NCBI GenBank assembly: GCA_951406725.2
Contig: OX597819.1
Coordinates: 112,034,001 to 112,098,000, forward strand
Reading direction: 5' to 3'
From: Octopus vulgaris
Taxonomy: Eukaryota
Length of the DNA: 64,000 nt
Positions 26,232 through 39,140 of the stretch are shown in pieces; the stretch's first letter is position 1; each line of letters begins with the position of its first letter. Made by a program: the position numbers and the translations under genes. The notes beneath the pieces are model-generated. The model was not told where the DNA came from, searched no databases, and saw nothing but the letters and a program-made list of their open reading frames with translations.

Positions 26232-27315
26232 ATGAAGGGGAGCTGAAGAGTTTCTGGCTTCAAGGGTAACACAAAAAACCCTGGTTGGAGGACCAACTTT
26301 CAAGTTATTTTATAGGGCTTAAAAATACTGAAGGATCACTGCAATAAGTGCATGCATCTTAGAGGAATATCTATATATATATAAAACTGTAGTTGTGTGA
26401 GTGTCTGTCCCCTTCGATTTAGATTCCTAACTCCTCCCACATTTTGCAGTGCAGTTTAACCAAATTCGGGTATCTTATAGTCGTGATTCCTATCGAGCCC
26501 GTCTGGCTATTATCGTGCGTCTACGATGAGTCCACGATTTTATAAAATAATTTAACATCATTTTTTATTCCATTTTAATGCATAATTTTTCGTGTGTCGA
26601 TGGCGGCGGAGTTGGCGTCCACGCTCAAACACCTGCACCTGTGTTTGCTTCTCCCCCTTCTTCCTCCCTCGTGAAGCTGTGGGGAAGGGAGTTTAAGGAA
26701 ATCAACGTCGTAAGCGCATCTTGAATATCTATATATATATAAAACTGTAGTTGTGTGAGTGTCTGTCCCCTTCGATTTAGATTCCTAAGCTCCTCCCACA
26801 TTTTGCAGTGCAGTTTAACCAAATTCGGGTATCTTATAGTTGTGATTCATATCGAGCCGTCTCTATTAGCGTGCGTCTACGATGAGTCTACGATTTTAAA
26901 AATAATTTAACATCATTTTTATTCCATTTTAATGCATAATTTTTCGTGTGTCGATGGCGGCGGAGTTGGCGTCCACGCTCAAACACCTGCACCTGTGTTT
27001 GCTTCTCCCCTTCTTCCCTCCCTCGTGAAGCTGTGGGGAAGGGAGTTTAAGGAAATCAACGTCGTAAAGCGTTGTCAAGGAGACCAGCGTTCTTTTAGAA
27101 CAACGAATGGCTTGAAGACACCAAAACAGAAATGGCTAAGAAAGCCCGAATTGGCATCTATAAAGGAAGTAACTCTCTAAAAATGCTTATATAGTTATTT
27201 TCCTTACAAACCCGAGCAACGCCGGGCGATACTGCTAGTATTTAATAAAATCATAATGAACTGATCCTCCTGTATTTACTTTTACCAAAAGTTAAGAACT
27301 TTTCAGCACCCCCTC
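26232..27315 (+). mobile_element. Mariner-derived MITE, split by a Helitron and sitting in the internal microsatellite of an old SINE A (head ~25904, 3' half ~27320-27555)
   Basis: TIR-like ends GAAGGGGAGCTGAAGAGTTTCT / AGAACTTTTCAGCACCCCCTC; uninterrupted relative at ~60592-60812. Confidence 0.75.
26370..27238 (+). mobile_element. Non-autonomous Helitron with duplicated 5' portion
   Basis: 5' A|TCTATATATATATAAAA, 3' GC-rich hairpin CCCGAGCAACGCCGGG then CTAG|T; inserted between A and T with no TSD; second 5' end at 26728. Confidence 0.9.
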
Positions 27316-27316
27316 A

Positions 27317-27347
<31 letters not shown>

Positions 27348-27978
27348 AGCTTTCTGTTTTTCCACCACCACCACCACCATCATCATCATCATAGCACTTT
27401 ACAACTGGTTTTGGTTTATTTACTTCCCCATTCTTTCACACTTTAGCAAAAAAGAGACCAACAGAATAAGAACAGGGCTGATTTGCTCAACTGACCCTTT
27501 TAAGGTGTTGTGTCAACATGGCTGCAATCCAATGAGTGAAACGATTGAAAGATAAGTTTCGATTATATTCGTGTAAGGAGCATACATTCTTTTGATAAAT
27601 ACTACTGGTGATAAGTTGAAGTGAATTGGGGTTAGAGAGCTGATAATATGGCAACTGACAGGAGACATGTGTCGATTAAAGAAGATAAAAGATTTACATG
27701 ACTGACAAAGTTCTTTGGAGACAATTCAGTGAAGACTCAGCAGAGAAGTAGTCTCTTATTTTAATCTTTGCTTATGGGCAGGGCATACATACATACACAT
27801 ACTTCATATGATAGAAATATACTGGTAATGAAAAACACAAACATACACACACAAAATACAATTTTCCTTCATTGATTTATAGTGAATATATACAGATATA
27901 AGTGTCTGTGTATGTGTGTATGTACATACATTTGTATGTATGTATATATGTGTGTACATGTGTGAATGATGATAATGA

Positions 27979-28022
<44 letters not shown>

Positions 28023-28775
28023 GATGATGATGAACATCATCATGTGAAGGTGTAAGGCCCAGTTGCACAAATGATCACAAGATTGTGGTTTCAATTCCCA
28101 GAATGGGTAGTACATTGTGGTCTTCAGAAAAAAATAAAAGAACTTCAATTTATGTTACTCCAGTGTCTACTCAGTTGTTAATGAGTAAGCCTGCAATGGA
28201 CTGGCATCCATTGGAGTGGTACCCACCTGCAAAAGCCATGCCGAAACTGGCCTTGTTGGTGCTGGTGCTACATAAAAAGCACCAGTCCATTCTGTAAGGT
28301 GGTTGATGTTAGGAAGGGCATCTAGCTATAAAAACCCTGCTAAAACAGATAGTAAAGCCTGCAGCAGTGCTCTGTCTGACCAGGCCCAGTCAAATGATTG
28401 AGGCCATGCCAGCATAGAAAACAGATGTTAAGTGATGATGATGGTGGTGGTGGTTGTCATCGTCATCAATTAATGACCATGTTACATTCTGGCAGGCATT
28501 GGATGCTTCAAAAGAATCCCGTGAGCCTAAGGACTGCTTTGTGCATCAGTGTACTGGATGCTTTTCTTGTGCAACTTACACTTGTGAGGTCATCGTTTAG
28601 ATCCCAAGACTACCAGTCCTGAGAGGGGCAGCTTTATGTCAGGAGATGAGGAGTAAAAGTGAGAGGAGCCAGAACACAACAGGTTCCCTTCTGTAGAGAA
28701 GCTACATGATTACACAAATGTATATAAATCTACATATATCTTTATATATATATATGCAACATATGATGATGATGA

Positions 28776-28843
<68 letters not shown>

Positions 28844-28901
28844 GACATATGATGATGATATATATTTGCATATATATGTAATATATATATATTTACATAT
28901 A

Positions 28902-30139
28902 CAGAATGCGTAAGATATTTGAGGACAGATTTATATTTATAAAAAATAGATATATAATAACAGATAATGACTTTATTTATTAAAAAATGCTATGAGGATA
29001 AAAATAAACCTTTTCTATAATGTTATTCAATAAAGCCACCTTCAGCTTCAACAACTGCTTCCATATAAGATCTAAATTATCTACATGCTCGAATCAAGTG
29101 GCTCTGGTTCATTTTGGACACTACTCTCACTATGGCAGCTTTCATAGAATCTTTGGTGTTATGGGTGTGTTCATTGACCTCTCTCTCAACAATGGATTGA
29201 GATCTGAGGAATTAGGAGGCCAAATGTTAGGGCTTATGTGATCATGAAAATTTTCAGCCATCCATTTCTGTGTTACTAGAACCATGTGTAATAGTTCAGC
29301 ATCTTACTGAAACACAAATGGCCTTCCATTGCATACACTGTGTATCCAGGGCTTAACAATTATTTCCAGGACCTCAATGTAGGCAGCAGAGTTAATTCTA
29401 AGGCCTTGTGGAAAGAAATAAGGAGGCATCACGTGTCCATTGCTGACAACCCCCAAAACCATGACAGCTACAGGAAATTTTGTATGCACAACACTGGGAA
29501 CATCAGAAGGGTCTGCAGAAAACCATCTGTCATTTCTTCTGTTTATTTTTTGATCTTGGTCGAAATTTTTCTTGTTTGAGAAAAACCAAATCAAATCTTC
29601 TTCTCCTGAATTTTTCAGTTTGTTTAAGAGCCTTTTAGATATGATATAGTGATTTTCTTTTGCCTTTTCTGACAAAAAACTGACCTTTTCTCATCATATA
29701 AGACTTATATCTGATGTCTTCATGGACAACATTTCTGACTGTCCTCCTGACACATGGAGATCTTTCACAACTGACCTCATGGAGTTTCTGGGATTGTAAT
29801 CAATGGTCTGTTGAATTTGCTGGATAAATTCAGGTCTTCTGATGATTTCAGAGCATTTAGAATGCTTTTTATGCTTTGATACTGGTGATACATTTCCATC
29901 TTCAGTCTCTAGCTTCTTACAAACTTTGCAGACTAAAGATATGGCAACTTTTAAAAATTGAGATATTTCTAAATTGCTATGCTCAGCCTTTATAACCACA
30001 ATAACAACATGCCACTTCATTTCTTCAGTAAGCTGAAGGTCTGCCATTATTATTTTCTGAAACAAAGATTATACAGAGTTAGCAAAAAATGCAGCAATGA
30101 CCCAAAAAGGGTATGTCCTCAAATACCTTATGCACCTTG
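28902..30139 (-). mobile_element. Near full-length defective Tc1/mariner element of maT (DD37D) type
   Basis: TA-flanked TIRs (CAGAATGCGTAAGATATTTGAGGACA / TGTCCTCAAATACCTTATGCACCTTG); ORF pieces WFFSNKKNFDQDQKINRRNDRW, FVFQ*D, WPPNSSDLNP, EAVVEAEGGFIE*. Confidence 0.9.
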
Positions 30140-30963
30140 TATATATGTAAATACACACACACACACATAAACGGACTGAGATGTCTGGTGACATGTGGTT
30201 CTTGAGAAGACCTGCCCACATCAGCGAGTTCTAGAAGTACTGTGTGTCCCACCCACACATAACAAGAAAACTTCACACACCTTACCACAACAAACCAAAC
30301 TACATCTCTTATCTTCTTCACATTTCCCCCTTCATGCACAATGCCTACCTCTCATTCCCTATTCCTGTGCTCAAGGCCCTGTTTCACTGTATCATTGCTA
30401 TCAGGTAGCCCCATCACTATATATATATATACCCGGGTTTTCACCACTCACTTCACCTCCCCACTCTCCAATTACACTTCTTTGGCAATATCCTACCACT
30501 TCTATTATGACCTACAAACCCCAAGGGTATGCCCTGGGACTTGCCACCATCTACATCTTTCTCTACCTTTACTTGACCATCCCATTTATATTCTGATCCC
30601 CATTCCTTGTGAGTATGACCAGCACTTTACCACCATCTCTATTCTGCTATTGCCTTCTCTTGCACTTTCCTCATGTTGGATAACCATGTATCTCCTTTGT
30701 GACAGCACACCTATTTCTGTCTTCGTTTCTGATCTGTCACCCAAGGCTTGAAATTTTTGGTGCTCAACTGGTGCTTTATTTTATTGACCCCAAAAGAAGG
30801 AAAGGCAAAGTCAACCATGGCAGGATTTGAACTTAAACCATAAACAAGGACAAAATATTGCTAAGCAGTTTCTCAGTATGCTAATGATTCTGTCAGCTCA
30901 CAACCTTTAATTACTTTAAAATAATATCACTTTTATGTTTACATGTGCACACACACACGAGTA

Positions 30964-31015
<52 letters not shown>

Positions 31016-31950
31016 AACACACACATGTATATATAATTTCACATGTAAGCATACATACATATATTCACACACAAACACACACATTTATATATACATACAT
31101 TCACATATTAGTATGCACACATACATACATGCATCCACACACATCACACATATATATACATGCATACATATATACATACATACATATATATATATATGTG
31201 TGTGTGTATATATATATACATATATACACATATAAACACATACCCATATGTGAATGCATAAACACATCACATATATATGCATGTATATATACATGCAATT
31301 ATGTGTACATACATAGACACACATATATACATATATATGCATGCATACCTATACACACACACAGTTACATACACAAACACGCACACATACATACATACAC
31401 ACACACAAACACTCGTTGCTCCAATAAGTTATTATCAGTACATGTGACTTTAAGGGGTCAGACTAAATTATATCTAAGGACCAACCAATCAAGTGGTGGA
31501 GCATATACAGTTGCTTCTAGCTACGTTACTGATGTCACAGAGATGAAAGGCCAAGTGAAGCTAGTCAGTGTTTGAACTTAGGAGCCTGAGGGTATGAAGA
31601 GGTTAGCAACACACAGAAAAACTCATAAGGTGAAGGATAGAGATAAAATGAAGAAAAGAAAAAAAACGCTCTTTTTCTCTCTCAACAAAATAGACATAAA
31701 TACATGTGTCTGTCTGTCGCTATCTATTTATATTTCTCTCTATCTATACATGCATGTGTGTGTGTGTGCTTATGTTTATGCATGCATGAATGTATGTATA
31801 TATACACACACATACAGACACACAATGTGAAAGGAGAATGGCAGATGAAAAGAGATGAGAACAGAAGGGAAAGAAGTGAGTGGTAAACATGAACAGAGGC
31901 GTGGTCATTGGTGAATCTCAGTTAGAGGGGTGGTGGTAATAGTCAAAGAA

Positions 31951-32180
31951 GGCGAGCTGGCAGAAACGTTAGCACGCCGGGCGAAATGCGTAGCCGTATT
32001 TCGTCCGTCATTACGTTGTGAGTTCAAATTCCGCCGAGGTCGACTTTGCCTTTCATCCTTTCGGAGTCGATAAATTAAGTACCAGTTATGCACTGGGGTC
32101 GATGTAATCGACTTAATACCTATGTCTGTCCTTGTTTGTCCCCCCTCTGTGTTTAGCCCCTTGTGGGTAATAAAGAAATA
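31951..32180 (+). mobile_element. Young SINE family B monomer with 16-bp TSD
   Basis: TSD GGTAATAGTCAAAGAA at 31935-31950 and 32181-32196; B box GAGTTCAAATTCC. Confidence 0.93.
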
Positions 32181-32434
32181 GGTAATAGTCAAAGAAAATA
32201 AGGAGGTGATAGGTGGCAATACATAAAGGGATGAGCAACAGTATAATAAAACTGTAGTCAGGAGATGAAGTGAAATGTGGTGGTGGTAGGGAGAGAAGGT
32301 GCACAGTGACAGAGATAGATGTCAGAGGTATGTAGGGGTGGATATAGTGAGAAAGAAAATGAGTAGGAACAATTGTCAATGATACTCAGTTGGATCCTGT
32401 TAATCTGTCCAATCCATGTCAGCATATAATGATA

Positions 32435-32895
32435 TCTATACATATACAAACGTAAGTTGCCTGTTTGTGTCAAATTGCTGTCTACATCCGTTAATGGAGT
32501 TTAATGAAACTTTGCAAATATGTTCAAGTTGCAAATATGTTCCAGTTCATTACTAGGCTCATTGAAGTTTAATAAAAAATCTATAAATGGACAGCTAGGA
32601 CCCCTAGAAGGAGTCCACATATATAATCAATATATTTTCCTTTAACAGTCAAGGGAATAATCCATTCATTTTTTAGCAAAGGGAAATAACCCACTCATTT
32701 TCCTTTGATCACCCTAAACACTACCAAGCTCAAACTTAATGGCCAAGGAATGGAAACTGACAACAGGTGGATCGTGCCCTACAACCCATTGCTGTCTAAC
32801 ACTTTGCATCCCATGTTAATGTTGAGTCATGCAACTCTATAAAATGTATTAAATATGTATGTAAATACATCAATGAGGGCTCAGGTATGGTGGTA
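32435..32895 (+). mobile_element. Helitron relic: 5' terminus plus Rep (HUH/Y2) fragment
   Basis: A|TCTATACATATACAAA start; DNRWIVPYNPLLSNT..HVNVESCNSIKCIKYVCKYINEG at ~32755-32880. Confidence 0.8.
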
Positions 32896-33347
32896 TCATA
32901 TTACTTCATATTAATTATGTCTACAGTATTAATTAATAATTTTCATTGTAATAAAATGCTTGACAATTAATTTCCGTTATTTACTCACTGATAAGTGGTA
33001 AAGTCCAACCCCCTATTGTTTGTAATGGGATTGACCAAGGACCTGCGTTCGATATAATTGGTCAGTTAAATTTAAAAACAAAGGGCGACCGTTATAAGGG
33101 CTGGTATAAATAAATAAATAGATAAATAAAAAGTAACAGTATGGAAGAGTAGTGTATATTGTAAGGGGCCCAAAATTGTTTAGGACATTGTATATAAAAA
33201 AAACAAACATGTAAACAAGTACAATGTAAAGCAATGAATGATGCCAGCATTATCATTAAAACATAGATAGGTATATATTTGGACAAATAGGGAATAAGGC
33301 GGCTGAGGGTGGAAAACAGACACTACTTCTCCATACTTTTATTTTAT

Positions 33348-33567
33348 ACTCTTATTCTTTTACTTGTTTCAGTCATTTGACTGCGGCCATGCTGGAGCAC
33401 TGCCTTTTAGTCAAGCAAATCAATCTCAGGACTTATTCTTTGTAAGCCTAGTACTTATTCTATCACTCTCTTTTGCTGAACTGCTAAGTTACGGGGACAT
33501 AAGCACACCAGCATCGGTTGTCAAGTAATGTTGGGGAGGGCAAACACAGATACACAAACATATACAT

Positions 33568-33635
<68 letters not shown>

Positions 33636-33853
33636 ATATAGGCCAGTCAGATCTATACTGGATGCCAATATATATATAAATATATACATATATACGATTT
33701 CTTTCAGTTTCTGTCTACCAAATCCACTTGCAAGGCTTTGGTCAGCTCGAGGCTATAGTAGAAGACACTTGTCCAAGTTGTCATGCAGTGGGACTGGACC
33801 CGGAACCATGTGGTTGGTAATCAAGCTATTTACCACACAGCCACTCCTGTGCC
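33348..33853 (-). mobile_element. SINE family A copy
   Basis: Colinear with the other copies; long internal TA tract. Confidence 0.9.
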
Positions 33854-34231
33854 TATATTTATTTATTTATACCAACCTGTATAACAGGTCTTAATAGCTT
33901 GCCCTTTGCTTTTAAATTTAACTGACCAATTATATCGAACTGATTAATTATATGAGCAATAGGTGGTTGGACTTTACCACATATCAGTAAGTAAATAATT
34001 AAAATTAATTTTTGGGCATTTTACTACAATAAAAACTATTAATTAACTATAGACAAAAATTTTAAAGAACTATTATGATTAATTCAAATCGTTATGGCAC
34101 TCTCACTCCCTCTTTGACTAAACCTACTGGTGTATCCCATTACTGTAAAATTTTTTATTTTTACTTTTTTTTTATTACTTATCTACCCTAGTACCCCCAT
34201 AGAAAAATTAACCTACCAATTACTATTTTAA

Positions 34232-34451
34232 CCCTTTAGCATTTAAACCGGCCATATCCGGCCAAAAGTATTCTGCTTGTTTTATGTTCAAACTGGCCAT
34301 ATCTGGTCTCTCAACCAACCCTACAATATCATTTTAAAAATTAACAGCTACCTCATCAAAATCTCATAGCTACAAGGTAATGCATGATTAATTCAAAACA
34401 ATGTGGATAAAAAAGGATTAACTTTGGCAGAATAATGCGAACACTAAAGGG
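34232..34451. mobile_element. piggyBac-type TTAA MITE, family 2
   Basis: TTAA|CCCTTTAG...CTAAAGGG|TTAA; inverted copy at 45937-46157 and degenerate copy at ~13360-13575. Confidence 0.9.
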
Positions 34452-34574
34452 TTAAGTTTAGTAATTTATTTAATGTCCCAAAACAACACATAAACAAAAT
34501 GATATGATTTAAACATATTAAGCCTTTCCTTTTCCCTTCAAGACTCTTTTTTTTCTTTTATGTATGTATTTTTC

Positions 34575-34695
34575 TTCACTCTGATGAAGCTCCATGTTCC
34601 AGATCGGATTTATTACCAAATATGATGAATATTATTTTAGAATATTAATGGTGATACCATACAACATTGGAAGCAGAAACAGCTGTTAGATGGGA
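34575..34695 (+). ncRNA. Type I hammerhead ribozyme remnant (Penelope-LTR style)
   Basis: CTGATGA (34581), long stem II GCTCCATGTT/AACATTGGAAGC, GAAAC-AGCT-GTT, and weak stem I CACT/AG(A)TG. Confidence 0.55.
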
Positions 34696-34883
34696 TACAA
34701 GCTATTTGCATTGAATAAAAAATAATAATTGATCTAAGTCAATTGCTGTTGATCAATATTTCTCCATTTTCTGTTTACTTTATATGTCTGTCTGTCTATC
34801 TATCTATCTATATCTATCTATCTCTCTATCCATCTATTTATCCATCTCTCAATCTAAATCTATCTACCCATCCATCTATCTAA

Positions 34884-34954
<71 letters not shown>

Positions 34955-35996
34955 TTAATACACATTATGAAAGAGCTACTAATAGTTTCATGCTCTTATG
35001 ATACTTTAAAAAGGCATATTCATCTCTAAGCAATCTTCCAGGCTCTGTTTATGATGATTATATCTGTGTCCCTATCTTATAACTAGCTAGGAAGTGACAT
35101 AATGATAACGATTATATGGCATGATGATGATGATGATGATGATGATTGCATTGATGTATAGATAAAAAAGGCTTCCCCAAAAATAAGAAGCATTCATTTA
35201 GTTTTGAAATGTATTCCCTATAAACATTGCCAGACAGATTGAAGATAAGACTAGAGGATAGAGGTTGAGGAGCAGGGGTAGGAAGGAAAGGAAGTAAGGA
35301 AGAAAGAATGAAAAGAAGGCGGAGAGAAATAAAGGAAAATAAAAAAAAATAGATGTAGGAAGAAGCAAGGAAGCAAATGTTTATATGTATTTACTATTAT
35401 TATTATTATTTTCACTATTATCAGTAACACTGCACTACCACCTACGCTGCCACTACAACTATGATCTTTACTGCTACTTCAACCATCTAATTCACATGCC
35501 AACACAACCACCACGGAAACTACACCATTACCACAACTGCCACCATCACCATACAACAGCACCATCTGCTCCACCACCTACACCATATCCAAAACCACTA
35601 TCAACTCAGCCTCGACAACGACCACCACAACCAGCACCCATACTACTATCAGAACCACTGTCTACTGTGCCATCATCGTGACTCCCCCACACAGCTAACA
35701 TAACCACCACTCTATTACAACATTACAACCCACCACCACCACCACCACCACTCTATTACAATGAACTTCACTCCCCACAACCTCCCACCACACCTTTCAA
35801 TGTTTTCTGTCACTAAAAATATTGCTGAAGCACATACATATTTGCACACACACACACACATACATACACAACTACCTACATGCATACCCAGACACCAATA
35901 CACATACACACACGCTCACACAAACATACATACAAATCTTCATAGACATGAAATAGGTTTATTTCAAGTGTTTGATACACACACACACTCACACAT

Positions 35997-36030
<34 letters not shown>

Positions 36031-36520
36031 CAATGCGCATAGATATATACATCCCTACACATGTGAAGCAAAACAGCCCTACCCCAAACACCTGAAAATA
36101 TCTGATGCTCTACGATGGCATCCAAGGATCACATCTTATCTTCTAAGAATGTTGGATGCTGATGAGCTGTGATGGGGGTAGAGGTTCTAGAATTCTCTGT
36201 GAATATCTCAGACAAACAACACAACAATAAAACTTACAATACGCATCTCCTTAACAGACTTATTCCTCATATGCACCCAGACATATGTATTGCTAGTCTT
36301 GCACAAGATCTGTAAGGGGTTTTATCTGATTGTAGGAATTTAAAAAGATATCAATACACTCTATGTGGTTGCCCATATAAGTATGTGTGTGTGTGAGTGT
36401 GTGTATGCATGTGGGTGTGTATTTATGTACATATACATGTCTTATGTATGCATTTCAGTGTGCTCATATATGTAAGTGTATTATGCATGAGTTAACATTA
36501 TATATATATATATATATACA

Positions 36521-36682
36521 CGTGAGGAGTGGCTGTGTAGTAAGTAGCTTGCTTAGGAACCACATGGTTCCAGGTTCAGTCCCACTGCGTGGCACCTTGG
36601 GCAAGTGTCTTCTACTATAGCCTCTGGCCAACCAAAGCCTTGTGAGTGAATTTGGTAGATGGAAACTTAAAGAAGCCCGTCG

Positions 36683-36727
<45 letters not shown>

Positions 36728-36930
36728 TTGTGTGTCTGTGTTTGTCACCCCATCCCCCAACATCGCATGTGTGCTTACGCCCCTGCAACTTAGCAGTTCA
36801 GCAAAAGAGACTGATAGAATAAGTACTAGGCTTATAAAGAATAAGTCCTGGGGTCGATTTGCTCAACTAAAGGCAGTGCTCCAGCATGGCCACAGTCAAA
36901 TGACTGAAACAAGTAAAAGAGTAAAAGAGT
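36521..36930 (+). mobile_element. SINE family A copy
   Basis: Head GGAGTGGCTGTGTAGTAAG through tail AAGTAAAAGAGTAAAAGAG. Confidence 0.9.
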
Positions 36931-37176
36931 ATACACATAAACACATTTGTATATATGTGCATTTAAGTATAGAAACCAAGCCAAAACAGATTAGAGTCAG
37001 GTGCAGCTCTCTGGTTTACCAGCACCAGTCAAACCGTCTTACCTATGCTAGCATGGGAAACATGCCACATGGTGGTGGTGGTAGTGATGATGATGATGAT
37101 ACTGTGCTCTCGTGTGTATATTGTTCTCCATTGACTTGCTTGAAGAAGTGGCTACATGCTGTGGAAACTCTGAGAT

Positions 37177-37435
37177 CAGTGGTTCTCAACCATTTTTTTT
37201 TTTTTACCTATGGACCCCTTTTGATTCCGACTGCATACTCCAAGACCCTCATAGTTATTTGATGTATTAAAAAAAAATTCTATTAAATATTTATCATCAA
37301 ACATTGATAAAATATTTTTAGTATTGTAAAAGTATAACCAGTTTATTGCACATCATTTTTAATTACTATGTAATTAATTACTAATTAATTACATGGACAC
37401 CCAAAGGTGATGTGGACCACAGTTGAGAACCACGA
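37177..37435. mobile_element. hAT (Charlie-like) MITE
   Basis: TIR CAGTGGTTCTCAAC / GTTGAGAACCAC; right flank CTCTAGAG, left flank an imperfect match. Confidence 0.7.
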
Positions 37436-37626
37436 CTCTAGAGTAACAGGCTAGTGGACTGGTTCAAATAAACTACTGGACTCTGCATTCATGTATAAAG
37501 GTGGGTGTGTATTATGAAGTCCCAGTCAGCAAGAATAATCATAACAGAGTTGACTATTCTCAGTATAGGCTCACACCATTGGTAAGTTAAGTACTCAGTT
37601 GCTATCCTTAAAAGTGCTTTGAAATA

Positions 37627-37835
37627 TTGGTTTCAAATTCTGGCACAAAGCTAGCAATTTTGGACGAGTGGGTAAGTCAATTATATTGACCCCCAGAGCT
37701 TAAATGGTACTTACTTTATCGAACCTGAAAGGATGAAAAATAAAAATCAACCCTGGTGGAATTTGAACTCAGAATGCAATGACAGACGAAATGCTGCTAA
37801 GCATCTTGCCCAGCGTGCTAACAGTTCTGCCAGCT
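37627..37835 (-). mobile_element. SINE B variant with alternative 3' tail; relatives at 39658-39866(-), 42125-42300(+), 60946-61150(+)
   Basis: Same head and core as family B but ending in a TTGTGCCA.AATTTGAAACC-type tail. Confidence 0.7.
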
Positions 37836-37996
37836 CAATGCTTTATAAAAGTGCTTCAAAATATTACAATTATGTTATCACATGCACATATGTATGAGTG
37901 TGCGTGTGTGTGTGCGTGTATGCATGCATATGCATGTGCATGTGTGTGTGTGTATAGGAACATTTATATATTGCTTGTATATGTAAGTATATGTAA

Positions 37997-38037
<41 letters not shown>

Positions 38038-38929
38038 CATGTATCATCATTTTATGTCAGTTTTTCCATGTTGGCATGGATTTGGTGGAGCCTTAGAGCA
38101 TCTTCCCACATATCTTCATCACCTGACACACATAACATGGATCATCTTTATTGTAAATGTGACATACTTTGGTATGGTTGTTTACAGTTGGATGCCTTTC
38201 CTGTCACCAACCACTTTACAGTGTAGACTGGAAGTACTTTATCATGCCTCTAGTATTAGATATTAGATATCTGGGATAAGATAAAAGACATCAGAAGCAG
38301 GATAAAAGGATATTCTTTTTCATGAATCAATGTTTTCTTCAGAGTAACTACACACCTAATGGGCTAGTAGTGTTGTCTATTATATATAACTAGAATATAT
38401 GAAAATAAAATGAAATATAGGAATCATTTTCCTATCTTTCATATATTCTAGTGGTGTGACATTGCGACATGGCTTAGTGGTCAGGATGCTGGAGTCATGA
38501 TAAGTAAGATTGTGGTTTCAATTCCTGAACTGGGTGACGTGTTGTGCTCTTGAGCAAAACACTTCATCTCATGTTGCTCCAGTCCACTCAGCTGGCAAAA
38601 ATGTGTAATCCTATGATGGACCAGCATCCTGTCCAGGTGGGGAATATATATGCCATGGAAACTGACCCTATGAGTTTATATGAATTTATCCCTTATCACA
38701 TAATCTCAGAGCTTTATAGAGGCATTCATCAAAAACAAGTTATCTTTACAAAAGATGAAAAAAAAATACTACTTCACAACTGGAGGATTTGAACTCAAAA
38801 ACAGAGAGATCTAATAAAATACCTTTACAATATTTTATTAGGTCTCCTACTAATTTTGCCACCTGATTGCTCTGCAACAGTAAAAAAAAAATAACAATTG
38901 TGCAATCATACTCTAGTTCAATCCCAACC

Positions 38930-39140
38930 AAACTTTTTAACAAAAACTATCCAATCACACCTCACGCCCAAGCTCTCCACTTGTGATATTTTTTGACAAA
39001 TATCATCCAATCATAGCCATTCTCCATCCCATACAAAATTCTTGACAAAAATTCATCCAATCACACCTCGCACCTGAGTTTCCCACCTGTCAAATCTTTT
39101 GACAGAAATACATTCAATCACAGCTTAACTCCCTACAGAA
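38930..39140. repeat. Four-unit degenerate minisatellite with conserved TTGACAAA..ATCCAATCA core
   Basis: Cores near 38950, 39006, 39056, 39114; alternating A/B units. Confidence 0.7.

Noticed and set aside
36885-36925. SINE A tail CAGTCAAATGACTGAAACAAGTA as a hammerhead
   Set aside because: It has a hairpin plus GAAAC but no CUGANGA box in any copy; more likely a LINE-recognition stem-loop.
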